Origin: Negaprion brevirostris
Lineage: Eukaryota
Assembly (NCBI GenBank): GCA_030324005.1
Contig: JARDVH010000073.1
Coordinates: 31,919,317 to 31,983,316, forward strand
Reading direction: 5' to 3'
DNA length: 64,000 nt
The stretch's first letter is position 1. Every line of letters starts with the position of its first letter. A program made the position numbers and the translations under genes. The notes below the pieces were generated by a model. That model was not told the DNA's origin, made no database searches, and saw only the letters and a program-made list of their open reading frames with translations. This document shows, one piece after another, positions 52,831 to 64,000 of this stretch.

Positions 52831-55800
52831 TCATTTTNNNNNNNNNNAAAAGATACACAATAAGCTTACAACCAGTATCATTCTGTTTGCAGCCTACTGA
52901 CCGCTTTGCTAAATAACTGTTCGATACAAAGCCAACCCAAACCGAAATTTCACGGTATTTAGTCAGGGCAAGGCAAAAAGACACTTAGCAAACAGAAAGA
53001 CATGAAAAACACAATCAGACAGAAACAGACTTAAAAATGTGCAACAATATAATTATCTCTTTTCAAGCAGTTGGTTTCAATTGGTAATAAAATCTTTTAG
53101 ATTACTTCTGGTGATGCAATTTGGTTTGTACAGCTGTGCATGACCAATGAAGTACCACCATTCTGTTGAAATGTTTAAAATCTCTGATTCTTTCGAACAG
53201 TTTACTTATTCTAATGATNNNNNNNNNNNNNNNNNNNNNNNNNNNNNNNNNNNNNNNNNNNNNNNNNNNNNNNNNNNNNNNNNNNNNNNNNNNNNNNNNN
53301 NNNNNNNNNNNNNNNNNNATTTTTAATATGCCCAATTCTTTAATTTAGGATATCCAATTTTATCAGCCATAGAACTAGGCCCTGTTCATGTCACAATTCA
53401 GCTCCAGGTATTTTACACTCAGGCTTGCAGCAGTTTTATTGCTGTGATTGATGGCAAAAGCAGCTTTGTTGCTGGGAAGTGATGGACTAAAAAAGCCAAC
53501 TGGATGCATATAAGTCACGACACTATGGACCATCAATGTGACACAAAATAACTTAGAGCCATCTAATTACGGTGGCCTAACAGCAATAGAAGGAACAAGA
53601 TAAAGTATTTTTTTCATTCAACACTGAACAGTATTTTGGTTTTCACCTTCAGCATGGTTGGATATTTGGGCCATTTAAAAAAAAGAAATGGGTCTCTTTT
53701 GTAAACGAAGTAATCAGTAAATTAAAAGTACTGAGTATGTAAAAATGTGGGAGTAAAACAGATGTATACTTAATTTCACAGATCACAATATTTTGTATTT
53801 TTACTTTGTAGGGAAACGTTGGAAGCTTTGCTTTTAAATAATCCTGTTGCAAATTTCCTGGGTTTGATGAAGCATATACTCCTGATAATGTTATCTCTGC
53901 AATTTGAGTCTTTATGCTGATTAATGGGTTCTCCATTACAGACACAATTTGACATCATTACCACTATAATCCTTGTTCCTGGGAAAACGCCAATTGGTGG
54001 TGTCATTATTGCAAGCTGTGCAGATTGGATATGGGCTTTATTGAGGGATAATTCAGTGGCAGTATTTAGTGAAGAGTCCTACTGGCCTACAAAAGGACGG
54101 CAAGTGACGGGATAATGTTAACAATGTATACTGCAGTGATTCAATTAAAACTGTAAACAATTAAGTACTATCTTTATTTGTCCCTGAATTTCTATGGTTA
54201 TCAAAATATGGAATACCCACGCTAATCATCTGGTACATATATAGCCAAACAATTCATTTGTAGCTAGTGTTGAGATTTTTCAGATCAAGCTGGTTAGATG
54301 CAAGGCCCTTCTATTACTGTCCCAACCTCAATGTCAATAAGAAACGCGGATGTCTCCCCTCGCACCATTTTAGAAAACACTTTTGATTATATTGGTGCAA
54401 AATGTTTTACAAAATAAAATGTACACATCTCAGATAGTTACTCGGGACAGCTTTCCTTTTATTACCAAAATTTGAAACACCAGTTATCCTCACATGCTCA
54501 TGCCCTAAGCAACACAAGTCAGTCTCCTTCCAAGAAATATTTCTTTCTTGTTGTGGCAGTGTTTTTAACTACACAAATTTCAGTGGGCATGAAATAAAAC
54601 ACCATTTTTGCATATCTACAAAACTTCTTCCACCGCTGTAAGTTTCCATTTATCAGATTTCACTCAGTATGCAGTGTTTTGCAGTTGGAATGTAAATAGC
54701 ATGGGATAGTTGTATCAATGGCTCATGTCAGTCTCTATTAGAGACATCTCAACCAGGCAGCCAATGCATGCACCATGCATGACCAAACATGCACTATCTT
54801 CTTTAATTTAAAAACTGAGGGAAAAAGAAACAGTGAAGGTACAGATGAATGAAGAATTGTTCCCGCATAAGTCACAGAACCACAGAACAAAAGACACCTT
54901 TCTCCTGCAGTGGCCAGAATACATGCAGGAATGGCCTAGTTGTAAATCCTGACTATTCAAAACTACAAGTTTCCATAGTTGCTGTTATTTGCTTAGGGTC
55001 AGCTCATCTCACCTTCTAATGCAAAGACCATCAATCAATGCCAAGAGGTATCCCAACTCAAAAGTCACCATTTTGCACTCTCAAGTCAGTAACCTGCAAC
55101 ATTTGTGGGACACAACTAACACAGCATTCAAATAACTCGATAAAAGAAGGTTATTACTTGTTGGAAAAGGTGGGGTGTGAGGTATTTTTAATCAAACTTT
55201 TCTTGAATATACTTGTTTTTAAAAAAAACTTTGTTCAGAATGTCTATTGGAGAAGAGAAATTGTGAGATTGCTGACATATTGAAGATTCTTCATGCAGTC
55301 AGCAGATTTAAGACCAGCAAGGACTTGTTGGATGTCATTGTTGGGCTTAAGCCTTAACAGTGCGATCTCGAACCTGGGACGATAGAGATCAGATAGTCCG
55401 TACTCCAGCACACCCAACTAAATAGACACAACTGGACAGTTCAAGAAACAGATATTTTTAAAAGTCTGGACAGCCAATAAGTGGGAAGGTAATTTTTCAC
55501 AGAAAATTGGGGACTACATCTTTCAGGTAGGATGTATCATGAATATTTTAGATTAAACTGTGATGCGTTGAGAAACACTCCAGATCAAAAATATTACTCT
55601 CCTTGTTCTCAAAGCTCCCATCTATACACATTTTTTGCAGAATATTAATATCAAGAATGTGTGATAAATTATTATAGAATTTGAAGTTTATTAAATATTA
55701 CACAGTAGAAACCCATTAAATAATTTTCATCATCACTACAGTGCAATGGTCTAGCGATATTGTAAGAGGCTCTACAGAGTGTAACAGACAATATTTAGAA

Positions 55801-56173
55801 TTCTCCAAATCACAATGAGATATAGCATGGGATACATGCTGCCTCTGAGATAGGAACACAACTTTCAGGATTAAGACGAACTGCAAATCCATATTAACAA
55901 AACATTCACTATACTCCATGTGAACCTTATGAGACACACTTGTCTGCTATTGCCTGCATATTGATCAACCCCAAGGACAATAAAGCAAGTGACTGTAAAT
56001 CAGAGGTGGAACTTTGTATTTGCTATATTTATATGCTGAAAGGGTTTTAGTTTTCAGATTTAAATATCAGGGAGTCAACGCTGTGAAAGATCTGAAATGC
56101 TTTAGAGTGAGCAATAATTTCTGCCTTTCAATGGCACTATTTTCATTTCCTACAAGTAAGTTTTATAAATTAC

Positions 56174-56305
56174 CATCTTTGCACTTTGTCCCATCTTCTA
56201 GCAGCTGGACTCCAGTTGGGCAGGCACACTGGAAAAATGGTTTGATTGGAGACATCAGGCACAAGTGGGAACAACCGCCATTGTTGCTTCCACAGGGATT
56301 TGGAG
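56174..56305 (-). CDS. LRP6: LRP6 exon 5 (EGF 1)
   Basis: [43 protein letters not shown]; gtacag|CT ... ATG|gtaatt; 132 nt. Confidence 0.98.
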
Positions 56306-56516
56306 CTGTACGAATAACAAAGTTAGTAAGTACTAATAAAATACACTCCAAATTTTGGCCAACACAGGTTTTAAGCCTTAAATATAAAGAATTACTGTAC
56401 ATCAGCAGTTATATTTTGCAAGTTTTCACACACTTGGTGCACTTTCACAGAGAAATAAAAACCCAAGCACACGTCGCGAGTTTTAGAAATAAACATATCA
56501 AATGCATTATTTTAAA

Positions 56517-56817
56517 GGGCATGGTGGCATAGTGGTTAGCACTGCTGCCTCACAGCGCCAGGCACCCANNNNNNNNNNNNNNNNNNNNNNNNNNNNNNNN
56601 NNNNNNNNNNNNNNNNNNNNNNNNNNNNNNNNNNNNNNNNNNNNNNNNNNNNNNNNNNNNNNNNNNNNNNNNNNNNNNNNNNNNNNNNNNNNNNNNNNNN
56701 NNNNNNNNNNNNNNNNNNNNNNNNNNNNNNNNNNNNNNNNAGGACCTGGGTGGGATTGTTGTCAGTGCAGGCTTGATGGGCCAAATGGCCTCCATTTATT
56801 CTGTAGATTCTATGATA
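56517..56817 (+). mobile_element. HE1-type SINE (middle in N gap)
   Basis: Head gggcatggtggcatagtggttagcactgctgcctcacagcgccagg; tail gggccaaatggcctcc...attctatgat. Confidence 0.85.
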
Positions 56818-57527
56818 CTAACTGGTTTAAGCATCTAGACTTTGGTGTTATGCATATTGTGTTCTGTACAATATGTTACAGAGAAAGAGTTAAGGGTACA
56901 TACATGCAGTCATTTCTGATACAAAACATTATGATAAGTAATATTAGTCCATCTGTTATAATTATTTTCATCCAAATAAGAGCTGGAGGTAGGTTTAAAA
57001 AAGTCAAAACGAGTGCTTAAACTATTGTGAAAAATCAATGTCTGCAAATATATTGAAACTAGACACCAAGTTCAAGTAACCACATTCACTTTTCACAGAT
57101 CCTCTTTTCCTCCATTCACCATTTCACGCATTTTATTGTCCCTCCTTTTAGTTCATCCAAGAACCATCACGCAATGATGGGTTGTGTTGGATAGGAAATT
57201 AATTCCAGCTTTCTGACATTTACAACTCACAAAAATAATTCTTGATTAGTTCACCTTCCATTTTCCAATATTCTGGCCATAAGGTGAAAAGATCCAGCTA
57301 TTTTCTGGTTTTCACCCTCAACAATGCTCACCTTGAGCAATCCAATAAGCAGAAATCTGACACTTCTCCACTTCATGTTCCAAAGCTCAGGTAAATCAGC
57401 TTTCTTTAGGCTCTAAACACAAAAGATCTTTCCCTTTTTCTCATGTTTCACCTTCTAAGGCAATACATCATTTTTGTCTTTTTTCTGAGCACCATCAGTG
57501 TAATTTTTAACAGGCTGCCAGGAAGCA

Positions 57528-58232
57528 TGTGGAATGATACTGTGCCTTTAAGAAATATATTTACATCAGGTTTTCTGTGAGGGTATGTTTAGAATTCAAA
57601 TCTGGTTTGCAAGGTGGCAATTTGTCAAATAAATATTTTAAATTGGTAGGTGGAAGAATAGGATAAATCTCTGGGGTGTTTGTTTAAGCACTGCTAATGC
57701 GTTTATGTTTACTTATGTTTCACCTGGGGTTTCAGGGTAGAGTTTTCATTAGATTGACTGACAGGGAGAGAGTAATGTGATTAATGGGAGGAGCTAAGCT
57801 TGCAGGGACGAAATACTTTCAGTTTTGTTTTTAAATACAAGCAGTTGACTGTACTGAAAAGTAATGTCTTTGTCTGTAAAGGCCTTTGAGAGCTGTAGGG
57901 CTGTTAATCTGTGACAAACAAATAAGCCCATGGTTTGTTGACTATATCTAAAGAGGGGATTTAAAGTTTCTCAGAATATTGCTTGAATTGGAATGCAGTG
58001 TTCAGCAGAATTGTATCTTGTCTTGTTTAGTATTGTTCAACTGTTAAATGTTAAGCTAATTCAGTTAAACTGTGTTAAATAAAATTTGTTTTGATAAAAG
58101 CTTCTCAGTGTGTCTGTAGAATCGCGCCTGGAATAAAACATAATATACTCCCATTAATGACAAAATTGCAAATAGTTCAGGTCTTGATCGAATTCATAAT
58201 ATACAACGGGGTTTTTGATCTGTACCCTAACA
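57528..58232 (+). mobile_element. Possible solo LTR (~705 bp)
   Basis: TGT...ACA ends, T/G-rich body distinct from its flanks, internal AATAAA (~58078). No clean TSD seen. Confidence 0.4.
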
Positions 58233-59505
58233 CACACAATAACATTCTCGGAAAGGAAACTTCACTCTAATTTTCCCTTTCTCAGGGGGTGGTGGTAGTG
58301 GTGGTGAAATTCGGCTTCTGCTCAACATCTTCCCAACTGTTGCATCAAACGTATGCCTGTCCCATTAGGAACAGTACAAGTGACACTTCCAAAAACATCA
58401 AAATATTCTAAACAAACTTGTGTCTGCAATTTAACAGAAGAGTGGTTTTCTTTTTTATTGCAACTTTCAAGTGATTGATTGGCACAATTTCCATTCTCCA
58501 GTGCTATTTGCTGCTAAAACAAAACAGATCAAGTTAGACTAGATCTTGGCTAACTGAGCCTTATAAAATCCAAAACACCTGTGAAAACTTTATGCACTAG
58601 AGATCAACCACCACAAAAATGATAACGTACTGGAACCGTGTAACTAGAAAAGCAACCTTATAAGTCATTACTTGGAGACTAATGGTTGGAATTACAGTGT
58701 CATGATTTATGGAATAACATTTAAAAAAACAATTCAATTTGAGGCCCTCTGAGTGTTGTTCTTATGAAACCATGTGGAAACTCCCAAGTGTATTTATCTA
58801 CTAAAATGCAATCTATACAAAGAACAATCATTTTCTCCAGCTTATATTTAAGAATTGATTTGAAACATTAACGTAATTCATTAAATATTGGACAAAGTCA
58901 CACACGCAAACGTTAAAACAGGAAATGAATAATAGGCTGCAAGTTATCTTCAGTTCTGAAATATTAATTTCTTAACCCAAGCAGCAGCATGTGGATCTGA
59001 ATTTTAGGATAATAACTTGTCTCCTGCTATTCAGGAACCAAGATATTTCAGTGACATTCAATGAACATAGATTCACTGTTACTCAAACAGCTAAGGCTTA
59101 TAATTACAATAACTTCGTCAAATCAATATTCAGCATTTCTCTCAAAGGATTTTGGATGGCATAATTTTTTATTTCCTACAAAACTTTCTCCCATTTGAGG
59201 GATGGTAGTTATAAACATTAGTCTTACATCCAGTCTAAGGGCAAGAGAAACAAAGGCAGGGGGCAGACTATTTGGCTGTTTCAGCCTGCTGCACCATTCA
59301 AAATCAAGGCTGATCTGATAATGGCCTCAAATCTACTTTCCTGTCTGCCCTCCCCATCCCCCAGAACCTTAATTCCCTCGTAGATCAAAAATCTGTCTAA
59401 CCAAATGGGTAGAGAACATTCACTTCTCAGTTATAACATATTGACAAGGCTGTAATATACTTTTTCTACACAGCGGAATCCTGAAGAAAACAATGTATTT
59501 TCATC

Positions 59506-59700
59506 AACAGAAAATGCTGGAAAATCTCACCAGATTTGACTGCATCTGCAGTGAGAGAACACAGTTAATGTTTAGAGTCTGGATGACTACTTGACACATT
59601 AGCTCTGTTTTCTCACCACAGATGCAGTCAGATCCACTGAGATCACCCAGCATTTTCCGTTTTTGTTTTAGATCCCAACACTCGCAGCAATTTGATTTTA
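59506..59700. repeat. Palindromic Penelope-derived short repeat
   Basis: aacagaaaatgctgg/ccagcattttccgtt and tgactgcatctgcagtgagagaacacagttaatgt/acattagctctgttttctcaccacagatgcagtca are inverted pairs. Confidence 0.7.
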
Positions 59701-60134
59701 AAAATGTATTTTCATACTCAGTTCAGATATAAACTATGCTTCCATTCTTTGTAAAAACACGTGCATGCAAATAATGATTCTTGCACAAGGCAAATCCATT
59801 ATGGTTTAGATCAAGTGATAGTGGAGCATGTTACAGTTTCAATAAAGTTATCTACCACGCCCTGGTAACAGATTTAGGCCACTATTGACTCTCAGTTTTA
59901 AGTAAAGAAGCAGGGCAGAAGCCTTACAGGTTTTACATGGGAGGCCTCTCATGTGCAGCAGCACAGGGTAGTGACATCCCAAGGGTTCTCTTAAACTTGA
60001 ATTGTCAGGATAATTAACTATCCGCCTGTCTATACCAATTACTAACCATTACTAAAATAAAGCCGGCTTTTACAACTTTCAAAGTTTTGCCCTTTATACT
60101 TCGTGGAACAAACTGAATGGTGAAAGAATCTTTT

Positions 60135-60169
60135 TCTCTCTCTCTCTCGTGCGCACACACACACACACA
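60135..60169. repeat. Compound (TC)n/(CA)n microsatellite
   Basis: tctctctctctctcgtgcgcacacacacacacaca. Confidence 0.9.
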
Positions 60170-60523
60170 GTTTTAATTAGAATGGTTAGATTTCCAAATT
60201 ATCAACACAATATGAGAGATAATTAAGGGCTGTTGGCTTCAAAATTAAACATTTTAATAAAAAATCTTATTTCAATGACAACACTATTACAAAGCTTTTG
60301 CAATATATAGAGCACAAGCAAACATCAAATGCAATCAGCAAATTCTTCTTCTCGGATTATTCTATTCTCAACACATTTTAAAGGTTATGTGACACATATG
60401 CATTAAGCCAGATACTCTATCCTCATGTTTCCTATACTACAACAATGACTATATTTCAAAACTACTTCAACGGCTGTAAAGTAATTTAGGCCATCCAGAG
60501 TTCATCAAAGTGCTATATAAGAT

Positions 60524-60832
60524 GGCACGGTAGCGCAGTGGTTAGCACTGCTGCCTCACAGTACCAGGGACCCGGGTTCAATTCCGGCCTCGGGTCACTG
60601 TCCGTGTGGAGTTTGCATGTTCTCCCCGTGTCTGTGTGGGTTCCCTCCGGGTGCCCTGGTTTCCTCCCACATTCCAAAGATTTCCAGGTTAGGCTGACTG
60701 ACCATGCTAAACTAACTCTAGTGACGGGGGGTTAGCAGGGTAAACGAGGGTTATGGGAATAGGGTCTGGGTGGGATTGTGGTCAACACAGGCTTGATGGG
60801 CCGAATGGCCTCCAGTACTGTAGGGATTCTAT
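60524..60832 (+). mobile_element. HE1-type tRNA-derived V-SINE, full length
   Basis: A box TAGCGCAGTGG (60531-41), B box GGTTCAATTCC (60575-85), V-domain, CR1-like tail. Inserted at the end of a SacSINE-like 3' fragment (~60400-60520). Confidence 0.9.
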
Positions 60833-60880
60833 AAATGTAACTCTGTTTCTTGACCACTAAAACGCCTTCTCAATTATCCA

Positions 60881-61131
60881 CAATGACCTAAGCCGGGAAT
60901 CAACCACAGGTCCCTGGCACTGTGCGGCAGCAGTGCTAGCCACTGTACCACAGTGCCACCCTTGTTCTCTTGTATCATCATGCTGAGACACAAAGGAGGC
61001 TCCAATCTTTGTCTTATTGTCACTACAAGCTGCACCTTTCAAGGCTGCCATGAAATTCTCTACAGAGCTTCTTAATGGCATAAAGGAGTTGATGACTTTG
61101 CCAAGCAAAATATATCCTCCAAATACCAGAG
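60881..61131. repeat. Inverted duplication, arm A (pairs with 62677-62927)
   Basis: 251 bp, 14 mismatches and no indels against the reverse complement of 62677-62927 (manual alignment). Confidence 0.95.
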
Positions 61132-61408
61132 AAGTCCACAAGGGCTGTTGGGGTTCTTGGAGTCATTTAACAAGTTATAGGCACAATTTAACTGCATATG
61201 CAATAAATGGAGAGACAGACATCAGTATTGTACCACAAAATGCAGAACACATTGTCGCTTTATGGCCACAGAGTTTATTTGGTGAGTAAACTCAAGCTTT
61301 GATCAATTAAAAGATTTAATTGCTTGGCTTGTGGATTTGAAAATACTCATTAAACAATGAATAAACATATTCAGGTATATCAACTTAAGACAGAATACAC
61401 AATCTTAC

Positions 61409-61605
61409 CATTGGGTTGTCTCTGCTGGTTAAAGACATGAATGTCCATGGGGGAGAAAATGTTGCTGTGCACCTCCCGGCGAAACTCTCCAGTGTACTTA
61501 TTGCATGCATGAATAGAATGAGTGTTCCAGTCTGTCCAATATAAGGTGTCTCCAAACAATGTCAAAGCGAACGGATGTGGAAGTGAGCCTTCAACCACCA
61601 CTTGC
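61409..61605 (-). CDS. LRP6: LRP6 exon 4 (end of propeller 1)
   Basis: [39 protein letters not shown]...QRQPN; tttcag|GC ... ATG|gtaaga; 197 nt. Confidence 0.98.
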
Positions 61606-62289
61606 CTGAAAAAAACAAGATTCAGGTTAAACGAAAAATACAATACCTCTATCTTTTAAACTAAACTATACCGAGAACGTAATAAGTATCTTCCAACCAA
61701 TGCTGGCTGAAAACATAATTTGCATACCAGCATTTAAAAGTTTTGCGCTACAATTAAATGTCTAGCAACTTCAAAGTATAAAGACTAATAGTACATAAAA
61801 ACAACTTCTGTGCCAAAAAACTAAAAGCTTTTTCACAGCCATGTGTCCTCCTAATAGTAATACAAGATTGTGAGCTCTGATACCACGATCCAAAGTTGAC
61901 TGGAACAGAAAGCCAGTAGGTATTTTTTTCTTTCAGCTGGAATATGTCCTGTGGTACCATGAAGATTGAAAGAATTACCTTTTTTAGGCACAAATGTTGC
62001 ACATGAAGTCAATGTATTCATCATGTTGGTGCACTGATACACTGATGCTTTTACAATGACTGTAGTGCAGTAGTGAGTGATGCGTCACTTTGGATATCAT
62101 AATATAGTTCCAAAAATATTCTGGAATAATAACATCCCACTTTCTTTATAGCAGCATAACCTTTTCAATCATTGACTTTTTTGGTATAATTTATAAACTA
62201 AAGAAAGTTTACAGTTGATTTTTACAATTTAACAGATAATTCTGAACACAGACGCTTTGGCAGCTTATTCTGTTTTCTTTCAAAAACAA

Positions 62290-62847
62290 TTATTCAGAAC
62301 ATTGTGAATGGATTTGGACTTCATCACTCTCACTGATGAGTTGGCACAGGATAATGGTGATGTTCTGTGTTGCTCCTGGTGTTGTATGTTGTATCAATTG
62401 TTGTGATATTGCTGAATTTGGACCGCTTGTTGATGTTGCTGATGACCGTTCTTGGTTTACCAGCTCTGGTGCAGGTTGATTGGTTCTGATCTACTTACTG
62501 GTTTCTGTCTCCATTGCGTATGAACTTGGGTCTCAGTTTCAGCAACAATTTTTGCTGGCTTTCAAGATTGGATCCTGTACATGCAAAGGCTGTCCTCTCA
62601 ACTTGGGCAGGCCTTTGGCATGCTTGTTGAAGTGCTGAGTTCCCTCCACCTGTGAATTAGTGCTGTCTTACTTTTCCTCTGGTATTTGGAGGATATATCT
62701 TGCTTGGCAAAGTCATCAACTCCTTTGTGCCATTAAGAAGCTCTGTAGAGCATTTCATGGCAGCCTTGAAAGGTGCAGCTTGTATTGACAATAAGACAAA
62801 GTTTGGAGCCTCCTTCGTGTCTCAGCATAATGATACAAGAGAACAAG
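62290..62847 (-). mobile_element. Gypsy-type LTR retrotransposon integrase C-terminal relic
   Basis: Minus-strand peptides like LLSIQAAPFKAAMKCSTELLNGTK..TLPSKIYPP (cf. LLxYRxTP...SPAELLxGR...T.LP) and FNKHAKGLPKL..QPLHVQDP..SYAMETET; decayed. Confidence 0.6.
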
Positions 62848-62927
62848 TATGGTACTGTGGTACAGTGGCTAGCACTGCTGCCTCACAGTGCCAGGGACCT
62901 ATGGTCGATTCCCGGCTTGGGTCATTG
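62677..62927. repeat. Inverted duplication, arm B (probable donor copy)
   Basis: See arm A; spans the Gypsy-relic/SINE junction. Confidence 0.95.
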
Positions 62928-63092
62928 CCTGTGTGGAGTCTGCACGTTCTCTCTGTGTCTGTGTGGGTTTCCTCCGAGTGCTCCGGCTTCCTCCCACAGT
63001 CAGAAGGCCATGCTAAATTCTCCTTCAGTCTATTTGAAAAGGTGCTGGAGTGTGGTAACTAGGGGATTTTCACAGTAACTTCATTACAGTGT
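62848..63092 (+). mobile_element. V-SINE with HE1-like head and an alternative 3' tail
   Basis: Head and V-domain like 60524-60670; tail 'ggagtgtggtaactaggggattttcacagtaacttcattacagtgt' differs from the other copies. Confidence 0.8.
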
Positions 63093-63704
63093 GTTATAAT
63101 TCAGATCAGAAAGTCTAAAGTGTTTTATGAAGTTCTGCTGGATCATAGGTTTTGCAATTTGAATTTGGCTAAGCATGGGTCAGCATGAGATGTTTCACTT
63201 CAGGTACGATTCAACTGATCCAGTAGGGAGCTTTCATCAAACAAAGTTTAGTACAGTTAACACTTAGTAATAATTTTTACCAATTACAAAAAAAACCAAC
63301 CATGATATTGTGTAACCCTTGACAAATGTATGAAATATTCCAACCAAGCAATCTCCTTAAAACATATCCTTGGCACAGGTTCAGCACAGAAAATATAAAT
63401 GCTCACATGATGCTGGAACTTAGTCCTTCGGTTGGAGTCTACAGCTCTTTTAATATACAGACAAGCTTAAAATCAGAACAGCTTCCCAAAACACCAGGGA
63501 GAGAAGGAGAGTGACACTAGTTATTAACTAGCAAACCGCCAACAGCAGAATTTTCACTCTAGGAAGGTAAGACCTTTCTTTCAGATAACCAGCAGAATTT
63601 CCAANNNNNNNNNNNNNNNNNNNNNNNNNNNNNNNNNNNNNNNNNNNNNNNNNNNNNNNNNNNNNNNNNNNNNNNNNNNNNNNNNNNNNNNNNNNNNNNN
63701 NNNN

Positions 63705-63781
63705 TCTTATTGAATGGCGGGACAGGCTCGAAGGGCTAGATGGCCTACTCCTGCTCCTATTTCTTATGTTCTTATGTTCTA
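63705..63781 (+). mobile_element. CR1 3' tail
   Basis: 'cttattgaatggcgggacaggctcgaagggctagatggcctactcctgctcctatttcttatgttcttatg', near-exact reverse complement of 50417-50485. Confidence 0.85.
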
Positions 63782-64000
63782 GCCAGCAGAGTATACAATA
63801 CAAGGGAGAGAGAAAGAGAACACTGCTTTTCAGTCTGATGTTCAAAAACTTTCCAACTAAAATAGCAGCCAGCAGCTCAAAATAGAAAATGAAAGAACTC
63901 CTGTCACCTGTCAACCATCCTTTCCCTTAACAACAAAAAAAGTTGTAAAATACCAGACACTGCATGAAGCCCAGAGTAAAAATAAACAAAACCTCATTTA

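Noticed and set aside
60524-60600. tRNA-like sequences with A/B boxes (also 27528, 56517, 62848, ~22440)
   Set aside because: They are SINE heads followed by SINE bodies, not tRNA genes.

Overview
Vertebrate genomic DNA from a gapped draft assembly. The HE1/V-SINE, SacSINE1/DeuSINE, CR1, Rex1, RTE and Penelope-type repeats point to an elasmobranch (shark). The window holds most of one minus-strand gene, the Wnt co-receptor LRP6: exons 4-23 by human numbering (61605 down to the TGA at 18121), followed by a ~2.4 kb 3'UTR. Every visible splice junction is GT-AG and in phase; the 3' end of exon 21 lies in an N gap and exons 1-3 lie beyond position 64000. I recognised no gene in 1-15.7 kb, which is mostly decayed retroelements. 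I see no new multi-gene system. The most notable unexplained structure is a 251-bp, ~94% identical, indel-free inverted duplication (Gypsy-integrase remnant plus SINE head) that brackets exon 4 and could drive back-splicing, skipping or editing. Weaker candidates are a stop-free in-frame intron 14, cryptic exons in the 17-kb intron 7, miR-183/96 sites with alternative polyadenylation signals, and Penelope-type hairpin/hammerhead-like relics. Repeat family names come from recognised motifs, not database searches.
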